This document shows positions 39,351 through 51,337 of a stretch of 64,000 nucleotides of DNA, piece by piece (position 1 is the stretch's first letter; each line of letters begins with the position of its first letter). The notes under the pieces are model-generated. The model did not search any database. It was given only the letters and a program-made list of their open reading frames with translations, and was not told the DNA's origin. Location: NCBI RefSeq assembly GCF_004010195.1, contig NC_057719.1, forward strand, positions 37,200,138 to 37,264,137, in the 5' to 3' direction. A program made the position numbers and the translations under genes. The DNA comes from Chiloscyllium plagiosum. Taxonomy: Eukaryota.

Positions 39351-42024
39351 GTATCTAAGAATGCAAAACTGCAACATGTACTACAATATAAGGTACAGGG
39401 AAATCTTACAGCCATTACTACATATTTTCATAATATTTTCACATCCCATCTACGTAAGGTTGTTACTTTTCAAATCAATTTTATAATGATAAACTATGTT
39501 AATCAAAGTGAGCAGTGACCACAACCAGGATATTAGAGAGAAATTAGATCCTCGACTCTAAGTCAGAATGAAGTTAATGTCAAGAGTTAAGATTGGAATG
39601 CAGTCAATAATAAATCGAGGTAGAGTCAAAGACAAGCCCAAATTGATAAAGTAATATTGTGTTATGAAGATAAATCCAGGGATTAGGGAACGCAGTTGAG
39701 AGGAATAGCAAAGCTTATGAGAAAGTTTCAAAGTAATTGCAAAGAACGACGGCAAAGAGCATCTATTCTATATCGCTGCTTGCAGTGTATTTTCAAAGAA
39801 ATAACTCATTAGATGTATTATTTTCACACTTTTAAATGCATTGATCAAGAAAACAGTAAAATGACAATTAATTTAGCCTTTAAAAATAATACTTTTTAAC
39901 AAATGCTGTGTCTTGCTGATATAAACACATAGGCATTTCCCTTTAAAGCTCTGTGCTGTAAACGTTTACAATCTGGGATGTTTAGACTTTGTTCCTTTTA
40001 TGGTGTTCAAATGAAATAAACATTTCATTCCTTTTTCATTTGTCAAACCCTGTTCCATTTTTGGAACATTTTGTTCCTCAGGTCATAGTTGGATAATTGT
40101 TCTATGGTTGAATGGGACAGAGCTCAATTTGAATGAACTTTGTTTGATTGCATTAAATATCCAAATTACCCTTTATACTGCTGTCGAGAGAATGTCCCTC
40201 TTTTAACTTTACATGGTGTATTTGCATGTTTAACTAGGTGGAAAACCTTGGAGTGAACCTACTAGGTTTTGAAGTTCTGGTCTGCTGTCATACACATGTT
40301 AATTTTTAACAATTTAGGAAGCAAATGCTCTTTTAATTTTAAAAATGCAACTGTTTCAAATCATTTTCTGTACATTTTATCAATAAATATTCCTAAGCAA
40401 AATTGGAGTCATAGATAAAACACACAATATTCTGAAAAAAAACCCACAATTGGACGATTTGCAATACTTTGTTGCTAAATTGTTGCCACAGTGAAAGTTG
40501 TAAATAAATTTAAAGTTATTAAAACAAATGGTTAATTTTCCAGCAAAAAAAAGTTCAAACTAAGTTGCACAAAATAAATCCAAGTGCATGAAGTTACAAA
40601 ATGTCATCTGCAGTATATCATCTAAATAACATGAACTTATATTTAAAAGCACCACAGTCTGTACTGGTTTAAAAATATCCTCCAATGAAGAACTGGATTC
40701 TATTTATTTTTGGTGCCTTGGTGTGGGTGTACTTAATATGTCATTGCACTGAAACTACTGTCATTTGGTGGCAGAATGAACCATTTCATGCTGCCACATA
40801 ATTATAAACGAGATACCTAAAATGTGCATTCAGCATGGTTCTGCATCCAGAATCTTGTTAATGCACAAGGGGAGAAATTACCTCACAAAACACACACTAA
40901 AACTGCATCAACCACTTGCACTCATTGAGGATATAGTGTGGTTACAAAAAGGCACAAAGATACTTAAAAGATATGTGTAAATATACATATTTACATTTTC
41001 AAAATAAGCATGTAGATTAGATACACTTTTATCTGTTAAGGGAATGTATTTTATCTTATGGTAATCATACTGGATGTAGGAGATTAAAATTAGTGAAATA
41101 ACAGTGTTGGCTCCTTGGATGCCACATTAATACTACCTCTTCAATGGCTCATTACAAGTGACTCAACAAAGCAATCAAACACGGAATAGAATATTAGTCA
41201 ATATATGAAGCCTTAGAAAACTCAATTCCTTTATGAACTATGGAACATTGTTCTAAGGTATGATATAATATTTTTACAAGTTTTAACGAAACAAATGCCA
41301 CTGGTTCACTGGATCAAGATTAGTAAATGCAACAACATGACAATGGCAATGGGAGCCCAACTGTGCTGTCAAATTATTTTATGTATTCTGACGCTCAAAT
41401 GCCATGCCTACCACATTCCTGCATGTGCAAATGCATCCCTTTGACACAGAAAAGTGAGATGCTGGAAATATACAGCAAGTCGAGCAGTATCTATGGAGAA
41501 GAATATAGGTAACAGGTGGAATCCACCATTGGCAGTGGGTGTCACTGGTGTCTTTGCTGGAGAGCCAGTGAGAGACCGATGCTGCTTTTTCTAAGAAAAA
41601 CTGTGGAATCCTTTGCTGATCAGGCAGTGTCAAGGACATCGGTGAGTCTTCATCTGGATCTGAGCCCCCTGGGACAAAGCAGTCAGACGAATGAGCTACC
41701 AGAAGCTCCAGTGCTCGACAGTGCCATAGGGAAGGTGTGGCTGCTGCTGGAACAGCATCCTCAGAGTCCCTGGGCAATCCTCAGGGTAGCTTTCTTTTAA
41801 ATCAACTGTCCAGATGCATACACCTCTGCAGCAGATGGCACTTGTATCCAGCCCTCCTGGTCCAGAGATTGAGACACCGCCAATGTACCACAAGGGCCCT
41901 TTCAGTCATCAAAGTAATGAGCTGGGAGAAACCATCTTCAGATGCTTCATCAATGACTTTTCTACACAACCTCAGGAGTTGGGGAATTAATTGACATTTG
42001 CACAATGCTTATTAATATTCATAG

Positions 42025-42640
42025 CTCCTCAGATACCAAAGCAGTCCACATCAATATGCAGCAAGACCTGAACAACATTTAGGCTTGGTCTGATAAGTGA
42101 AAATAAACATTTACACCTGACTAATGGGGTTACTACTGACCAGAAACTAAACTGGACTAGCCATAAAATACTGTGGCTAAATAAACAGGTTAGAGGCTGA
42201 GAATTCTGCAACAGGTAATGGAGTCTTTTCCACTTGCCTGGATGAGTGTAGCTCCAACAATACTTAGGAAGGTTGACACCATCCAGGTCAAAGCAGTCCA
42301 CTTTATTGGCACCCATCTCATGTTATCAACGTTAATTCGCTCCACCACTGATACATAGTGTAAGCACTGTCTATGCAACAATTCACTGAGACTTCTTAGA
42401 CAGATCTGATAACCCCACGACATCTAACACGTAGAAAGACAAGGGCAGAAGATATGTGGAAACACTGCCATCTGGAAGATTCTCACCAAGCCATACACCA
42501 TCCTGAACTGGAACTTTCCCTTTCCCTTTCTTACAATACTGTATCTTACTTCCTACACCACACGGATATGGTAGCTGAAGGTGGCAACTCACCACCACAA
42601 GTGTTAGCGGGGATGAGCAGTTAAAGATTGGCCAAGGCCT
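42025..42640 (+). mobile_element. LINE family C 3' fragment
   Basis: tgaccagaaactaaactggactagcc, ccacttgcctggatgagtgtagctccaacaa. Confidence 0.8.
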
Positions 42641-45600
42641 GAGGGCTGGGTAGCTCACCACCCCATCTACTTAAATGCCCTCTCGCCTCACCAGTCCAGT
42701 AGAACAAGACTCTGGCTAAAATCTCAGGTGTGTAAAGTTAACCACAGACACTGTTTAAACTGCAGTTTCATTTAAACTTTTTCTGGTTTTATTTCACATT
42801 CCCACCATCCAAAGTACTTTGCTTTCGACCTTGCTCTCAAGTACTGTATGCATTTAGAGAATTGTGTAACAATTTTTTGTTTCCTGTCTTACTCTATAGC
42901 GAATGTGCAGTCTGATTTTTGAGTACAAGACAATCTTCCAACACTAATGTCATCAAAGCTATCATTCTAGGCATGACTCCAGAATGGTTTGTCTCTCTCC
43001 TGATACAAAGGTCAAGTGGTAGAGAACTTTACAATAAATACAGTGTGAGAAACATTAGAGTATGTTAGGGAATAATATCAATGTGTGCAAACACTGTGAA
43101 AGCTAGATAGATGGACATTTGAATAGAGAAGAGTAAGGCTAATGAAGGACTGAATCTTACACGGTTTTGGCCAAATACAAGTTGTTTTGAGTTTTTGAGG
43201 GATTCTTGCCAAAAGGCCCAGTGATATTTTTCACCGTACGAGATGATTAGTTAAATGCAAACAATATTCAGAGTTATAGAGAAAAGGCAGGAGAATGGCA
43301 CTAAGTCATAATTCTCATTGAGAGAGTTAGTGTAGGTATGATGGGCAGAACCCCTTCATTCTGCACCATAACAATTCTCTATTTGTATATCTTTATGACT
43401 TCATAACTTACTTTCCAGGTAGAAAATTTCTGTATATACAGCCAAAATGATACAGATTTTCAAAATCTACACTTGAAAACAGTAAAATTACAGATTTAAA
43501 GGAATTTATGCTAAGAACCATTTTTAAAATGATATTTAAGACTATCTTTTGTCTAAGACAAGACAATAATTTATAAAGTTTGTCCCAAATTATCTCTGGA
43601 AATGACAGCTCAATGACTATATGACAGGAAATATATGTTACTGACGAATGCTCATAATTCCTACATGGTAAATTCTATTCAGCTTCAATCAGAGCTAATG
43701 TCCAGAAGGAAAAATTAGAAAGCAAATGAAATTGTAGCACTGTCATGGGCTTCCCATTTAGGAGTTACAGTGCAGGACTGATAGAGTCTTGTAAACAAAA
43801 CACTGGCTTGCCCTTTTGATCACAAAAAGCACAAGATGTAAAGACGATAATAATTTAGAGACAATATTCTTGTGTGATATTAGTACCAAATCTAAATAAT
43901 ACAATACGAATTTCTTTGATATTTTATAGAAGGAATGCAGTCATTTAACATAAAGTAGTTAACTCTGTTCTTAAACTTGCCAGCAAATCTAACAGCATGT
44001 AGTACACATAGAGAGACACAAACTTCCAACTCTACAGTAATTTATAATGATACACTTAATCTCTCAAAATTGCATTCTGTATTCTCCCATTGTTTAATAG
44101 TGCTTTAAACTGAACTTGTCCATGCCTGAACTATTCAGGTCACGAAAATTTCAACTAAGATATTTGCTTTGTAGTGAATTAATTTAATTCAAGTGGGGTA
44201 CTTCAGCAAAGGCAAACAGAAAAGTCAACTTGGATTTCTGTTGCTGAAGCTACACCACAGTGGTCCTCATTGGGCAGGGCCCAGTGCAGTTGTTGGGCGA
44301 AGTCAGAATCAGGCTTAGCTGAGATACTGCCAATAACAAATATGGTTCTGATACGCACTGTCTGGGCTCATGCAGGGATAGGCAACTGGGTATGGTACAA
44401 ATGGCTACCTCTCCCTGCAGAACTAAATCCAGTATGTAATTCAAAGGACAAAGAAATAAATACTGAGGCACAGAGGAGCTGGAGGCATTATTCTGTCCAC
44501 TTTTATTTTACTTGACTATTTAACAATTTATTCCCCTCTGGTGTCCATTCACTTGCTCCAAATGCATTCTCTTCTATTAATTTTGCTTTAAATAAGTTTT
44601 CATTCAAACTTGTCCATACATCTGTTCCTCTGCTTCATTGAATTTTCACCTTTTTACTTTTCTACTTCATTTGCTTCTTTTCAGCTACTTGTAGCTTTCC
44701 ATGCCTCATGTCAGCAGGAATAGTCATAAGGTCCAAAATTATCAGTAAGCACTTACGACCTGACCTTGTGTCTAACAGCTGCCAGATATCATTGTCTGTT
44801 ATTTATTATACATTATCCCACTTTAAAAATTGATTTGCTTACTATTAAAGTCACTCATACTTCACAAATTGATGTGTATTAAAATATAAAATGCATTATT
44901 TTAAAATATAAATGGGATGATTTTGCTTTTAAGGACTGTATACCTTCCATTACGCATGAAATTATAGGAATGAGAGCATAATTGAAAAAAATAATGTGTT
45001 TTCACATTCTGAATGATCATTATTGGAACTCTGGGGGTACATAGGAACATGACACTCAGGAACAGAAGTAGTCCATTCCACTCTTGAAGCCTGCTCCACA
45101 TTCAGGAAGATCAAGTTGTGGTTTCAAACACCACTTTCTTGTCTGCCACTTTAACTCTTGAATCTCTTGTCTGTTAAAAATCTATCTCAGTCTTGCATGA
45201 ATACAATGGTCAAAATCTTCCCAATACCTAAACAATGGAAAATGGCAAAAAAAACTGAGAGAACTACATGAAATTATTTCCCAATGACGAGAGCAAAAAC
45301 GTAGCTCTTTCCAACCAAGTGTTAAACAGTGATATGAGATTCTCACTAGAGAGCTGTGCAAGTCCTATTTTCATATGTTAAAATACATTAATATCTACGT
45401 TATGCAGTTATCCATTCTCCCACTTGTTGGATAGAAACTAGATGATTACAATTCCCAACATGAAAGTCAAAGTAGTAACCTAGCGACTCCAGCTCACCAC
45501 TTACTCTTTCAGCCCTCTGTCAATCACCAACATCTCATGGCACATTCTATGAACAGTAACTACATGCTTCCCCAAACCCCACCTTCAAGGACCCAGTCAG

Positions 45601-46004
45601 CAAAGTCAATTTACTTCCGCTCAACATGTCTGACACAATTAGCAGGTTCCATTCCGGGTGGCCATGGACTGCCAACACTTGACCTGGCTGGACTTTTAAG
45701 AATATTATCAATACCAGGAAGCCCAGGAGGTCCCAGCAGGGATTGCTATTTCTGGCTGCAGCAAGTGGAAGGATACAAGGGGTGTGCTACTGGGATTGGT
45801 GCTTCATAAAATAATCCCTTATCACAGCAATGTGTCAAGTGAACTTTTCATGAGCTGCTTCGAAATTAATTATATTTTTCAAGTGAGGAAATTGCAACTC
45901 TTCTAAATATGGTCTCACAAATGCCCTATACAGATGCAATAAAACTTTCTGGCTTTTATTTTCCATTATCTTTCCAATAAAAGCCAACATATGGCAAGCA
46001 ATAT

Positions 46005-46705
46005 TTGCAGCATACAAGTGCCAGGCAATGTCCATCTTCAAGAATCTGACCATCTCTCATTAAGATTCAATAGTATCACAATCACTAGATCCCCTACTAT
46101 CAACATCCTGGAGGATAGCATTGACCAGAAACTGAACTTATCCAGCCACATAAATACAATGGCTACAAGAGCTGGAGGGACTGGGAATTTGGTGGCAATT
46201 AACTCACTTCCTGCCTCCCAAGAGCCTATCCACCATCTTCAAGATGCAAGTCAGGAGTGTGATGGACTACTCTCCACTTGCCTAGGTTAGTGTACTCAGG
46301 AAGCTCCATAAAGCTGTCTACTCGATCGGTACCCCAATCACTGCTCTCTATATGCACTCCATTCAGTTCCAAATGCACTGTGCCAGCAGTGTGCATAAAA
46401 TACTAAATGCACTGCAGCAATTCATTAAGCCTTCTTCAAGAGCTCATCACAAACTTGCAACATTTACCATCTCTAAGGACAAGGGCATCAGATACATGGG
46501 AATCACCACCTCCAAATCCCAAACCACAATGACATCGCCATTCTGAACTGTCCCTAGGTTCAAATCCTGGAACTCCCTTATAACACTACTATGACAGTAT
46601 CTACACCACACGGTAAAAGGCAACTCACTGCCATGGGCAATTAAGGATGGGCAATTAGCGATTAATCGCCGAACCAGCGAAGTCCATATCCCACGATACA
46701 CATTT
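46005..46705 (+). mobile_element. LINE family C 3' fragment (abuts a minus-strand CR1 fragment at 45830-46000)
   Basis: INILEDSIDQKLNLSSHINTMATRAG; tail gggcaattaaggatgggcaat. Confidence 0.8.
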
Positions 46706-46826
46706 TAAAATAACGACGTACTTCGATATGTTACTCAGTATAATTTGCAATATTTAAATAAATTCGATAATCTTTTTTTCAATTAAAGTAACTTTTTCAA
46801 AAATAATTTCTATCCCAGTGTAGTGA

Positions 46827-46944
46827 TTTTATACAATATAGGAACAAATTACTGCAGATGCTGGAGGTCACAGAGGATCAGACAGCGTCCATGGAGAGAG
46901 AGAGCAAGCGAACGTTTCGAATCTAGATGACTCCATCAGAGCTC
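46827..46944 (-). mobile_element. Penelope-derived mini-element (family 3)
   Basis: Minus strand gctCTGATG-GAGTC-atcta-GATTC-GAAACGTT; possible TSD tgtagtga. Confidence 0.6.
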
Positions 46945-47989
46945 TGTAGTGAAATCTTCAGTTGGGTTTTTACACCTAACTTTCACATTGCAAAAGCTCG
47001 TAATTTGAAAAATCACAAATATATACATTAAATCATAAAACTGATCTTTATGTTGATTTTTTTAAAAAGTAGGAAACGAAAATCTCAGCAATAGTTCTGT
47101 TTCGAAAATGATGGGTTTTTTTCGCGTTTATAAACATATATAGCTGCAGCACAAGGGAGGTCTCCAGAACAACTATTTAGTGACAGATGTCAGGCAGCTT
47201 TGCCAAGCCAATAACAGTAGATCCCTACATCTGTCCGTCAACACTTGTCATTATGAATCAATTTTAAGTATTGTTACTCAGTTCCGGAAAATACGAACGA
47301 CGAGACAGCTATGCAGCTGAGCGGTATGTTGTAGACTGAAGTTATGTCATTGCTACGGTCTGGCTCCTCCTTGGTCAAAACCAACATGCTTCCCTATCAT
47401 TCCATCTCCCGAAACAACCACAGGACTACCTTGTTACTGTATACGACCTTTGGCCTTCTAACTTCATTCAAGTGTGCCATTAAAAACAATCACTAGGAAG
47501 AACGATATTTATTTAACGTTTAATGATGAGCCAGGTTGAATTTTGAAATCCCAAGCCCATAGCTGGGGGCAGATGGCACATTGCAACGACAAGGATGCTT
47601 GAGGAAAGGTTCTGGTGATTGCCAGTTTGGGGACAGAATGCACCGATAAAACAGCACCGGGTAGCTAGCTGTACTGATGTTAAAACATCTGTGCCGCTGA
47701 TCGAGACCAAACAACCCCAAAATGCACTGGCAGCCTGGAGCACTGGAAATCACCCAGGAGACAAACAGCAGCCGCTACTGGACAGAGCAACCTCTGGAGC
47801 TCTGATTGCAGGACACAGAGCAGAAATCCGTTTGTACAACAAAAAACCCAACATTAACGCAATCTCCTCTCGGCAATTCTAAATAAGCCCATTCTGAAAG
47901 CGTAACTGCTAAATCATGATTGCATTGACTCTTTTTTTAAATTTGGAATGCAAGATGAAACAGACGGGTTTTTTTTTTAACAATCCTAC

Positions 47990-48620
47990 CTCATTTCCAG
48001 AAGAATATATTATGTTTATATACAGGAGCTGTTTATTTTGGTTTTCCACCCACAGGGCTGGGAGAGCTGGTTGCCACGGTGCTGCCTGTGGAGTCTGTCT
48101 GCTCAGTGTTGACACGGGCTGAGTCCAGCTGTCAGCTCCTGCCGCCGCGCACCCTCAGTCTGTCCTCCTGCCTGCCTGCCCGCCCGCCCGAGGCTCGCTC
48201 TCCACCAATTATTCCTGCTACGATTTACTTCACGTCCCCCCGTTCTCTCGCCCTTCTTCCTCCGCCTATTGCTTGCCCTGACATCCTCCTCGCATTGCCA
48301 CATCTGCTGTCGCCGGCCTCCTCACGTTCCGCAGCTGCTGAGTTGCCATATTATTTTATTCTCTCCCTCCCTCCCCTTCTCTCCTCCTTTTTCCTACTCT
48401 TCCAATCTGGGACTCGGCTCCACAATGCATCCGCGCGCAGACTTCCGCCTGCAGACTGCTCCGAGGTAGACGCAGCCCTGACTGGGAGACGGTGGGAGGG
48501 GTGGGGGGAATTTGCTGCAGAAAGGGAGGAGGAATGAGGCTTCTGTACCACTCGCCCCCCTCCCTCCCCCCAACAAGACTGGGAAACAGTGCAGGAGCTG
48601 GGTGGGTGGTGGCATTACCT
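47990..48620 (-). promoter_or_regulatory. CpG-richer promoter and probable first exon of an unidentified host gene
   Basis: Local GC/CpG rise; ETS cggaagt (48441-48447), Staf/ZNF143-like ctccacaatgcatccgcg (about 48418-48435), CCAAT (48402), YY1-like gccatatt (48345-48352); donor GAG|GTAGGA at 47990/47989 on minus strand. Confidence 0.65.
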
Positions 48621-49189
48621 GCTGCAGGAAAAGAAAAGCAGCGGCGCTTCTTGTGAGGAGACACCAGAGATAGGAAATATAATGCACCTTCAGTTGGTTA
48701 AGAAAGAAAACTGATGTCGCCCTCAAACGGGAGAATGAAGATGACAACAATCTGAACATAGCCCAGATGTTGTTGAAAAGACATGGCAGTATCTGAAAAC
48801 AGAGGCTAATATTTGGATACACCTGAGATGATTTGAAGACATTATGTTGCTCAGTTTCCCTACCTTTACCCGAACACGTTCATCAATCATTTTAAAGTTT
48901 AACTTCTAATACCATTAATAAAAAAACATATTTAACGTCCACACTACTCATGCAGAATTGACAAACTTCAGAATCCTTTCGTTTCCCTAAAATCTCACAA
49001 TGTTAGTGATATCAGCAGCGTTGTTTCTCGCCCCAGTCAGTGAAATAGAAAGCGTGGTCTGATTTGAGATGATGCTGAGGGAGGTTCAGTTAATAGCAAT
49101 AGGGGATTGAAAGAGTGTCCACTGACGGTGGGTTTTTGATTCTAGGGTTTGAAATATTAGAAGAAACAAAGACATGTGTTAGCCAACAT

Positions 49190-49335
49190 GTGGGAAAGTG
49201 AGGACTGCAGATGCTGGAGATCAGAGTCGAGAGTGTGGAATTCCTGATGAAGGGCTTGTGCTCGACACGTCGATGCTCCCGCTTATCGGATGTTGCCTGA
49301 CCAGCTGTGCTTTTCCAGCATCACACTCTCGACGC
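49190..49335. mobile_element. Penelope-derived fold-back mini-element
   Basis: TSD tagccaacat (49180-49189, 49336-49345); arms gtcgagagtgtg/cacactctcgac; decayed hammerhead ctgatgaagggc..gacacgtc. Confidence 0.85.
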
Positions 49336-50884
49336 TAGCCAACATATCCCATGAAAGAAGTTAAAAGAGAGAGTCAGAGAGTATACTAATCTGAAGACGA
49401 AAGTAAAAATCCCCCGTCCAGTCTAACGCGCAGGAACACAGCAAACGTCCCAAAGAAAGGAGTGATGTGAGTGTGTGTGAGGAAATGAGTCATGGTGTTT
49501 TAGATATAGGTGATCTGGAAAACAGAATAATGAAGAATTCTGTTGTAAATGTGTCTGAAAGGGTTAATGATTGATACAATTCACTCTGATGAAACAGAAA
49601 GACTCGGTAAGATGAGAGAAGGTGGTAGGAGATAAACCTGGAGCTAATTTTCCCATCAGTCTTTGCAGTCGTGTAGGTCCTATTCATACATTTGTAATTC
49701 GCCAAGCTTGCAATAATGGACAAAACCGACTTCAAAAAACTTGTTTTGGACTTTAAATGTTAACACTGTTTTCTCTCTTCAGAGATGCTACCAGACCTTC
49801 TGAGTTCTCCAGAACATTTTGTTTTTATAATCTGATTACATCACATGATCAAGATTGGCACGATCTCATAAATTTGTAGCACATCAGTCAATACTCTGAA
49901 AAATAAAATTAACACTACAATATGCAGAAAATGAGTTTAAGTATCCCAGCTTGATTAGTAATTACATACAAATTGGGCCTTTTTTAAATCAGCTCCATTA
50001 CAAGTTTGACTTGCATGTTTTCAAGAAAATAATCTTATGTAGTTTCATGCAAAAGGGATGTACAGAGACAGAAGAAATATTTGACTCCAAGGCAAAGGTA
50101 CAGGCTGATTGCCAGCTGGTGTTCTATGGGAGCAGTGCCAAGTCCAGGATGAATGATGAGCCAATCATACATTGAGAATTGCTTGAGTTTAATCCAAAAT
50201 TTTTAGTACAAAAGTGGAAACCTTAAAAGGCACAGTAATTCAGGCTGGAAGAGCAGTTTTTTTTAAAATGTGAGTTGTAACTTTAATTGGGGCATAGCTG
50301 CCTTAATGTGAAAATGCCACAAAGCAGTGATAATAAAAATATACTCAGTAAGCTAAGAGGGAGAACTTAAGTATTCTGGGAGTGGAAAGCTATAAATTGC
50401 TTACCGAGTTTAAGGCAGATGTGTCTCGGGAAAATTAAAGATGTGTGTGATTTTCTAGTCTAACACAAATATTTTAGGGAAAGCTTCCCATTAGAGATGT
50501 GAAGTGTGGGAAACCCCATTACAGCTGTAAGAGCACCAAAATATAACCACATAAGGGAGAAAATTCAATATTATATCTCTGAAGCATGGGAACACATACA
50601 TTGCAGCAGCAAAGCATGGGAATCCTACCATTATTGCAGAAAACAAGCTTTGGAAAAAAACAAAATACACAATCCCATTAGGAAGTAAGCAACAGAAATA
50701 GTTCGCCGTAAGATTTAGTTTCAGAGATGCACCAAAAAGAATAAACAATTGAACAATTCTGGAGGTAAAATGAAAGCTAACCAAATAAATACATTTCTGC
50801 ATATGGATAAAAATATAGCAGATGACTTTATTGCTTACTAAGGGTTAAATGAAACAATAGACAAAGTTAAAGAGTTATTTATGG

Positions 50885-51265
50885 GAGGTAATGGGATATT
50901 GGTTATGTCACTGGATTAGAAATCTAGAAGTCCATGCTAACACTCTGGGGATATAGATTCAAATGCCAATAAATCTGCTGAGTGAATTTAAATTCGATTG
51001 ATAACTTTGAAATTGAAAACTATTCTTAACAATTTTAACCACAAAACCATTGTTAATTGTCATTTAAACCCTCTCAATCACTCATGTCCTTTAGGAAAGG
51101 AAATCTGCCATTCCTGCCTGGTGATTCCAGATCCACAGCAATATGGTTTAATCTCAACCTGCCCTCTGCATGGTCTAACAGATCACTCAATTCAAGGGCA
51201 ACTGGGGGTCGGCAACAAATACTGGTCTTGCCAGTGACACTTAAATCTCATTGAAGAAAAAAAAC
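50885..51265 (+). mobile_element. tRNA-derived SINE (same family as 1852-2179)
   Basis: tgtcctttaggaaaggaaatctgcc..cacagcaat..aagggcaact..A-tail. Confidence 0.75.
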
Positions 51266-51337
51266 AAAAATACTGTTGACTATTATTTCAGCACCAGAAT
51301 TAATAAAATTCTTGCAAGAGTAAGAATACAAGTCTAC

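Noticed and set aside
48079..48664. Overlapping Pro/Leu/Ser- or Arg/Gly-rich ORFs
   Set aside because: Expected in GC-rich, low-complexity promoter DNA; no recognisable domain
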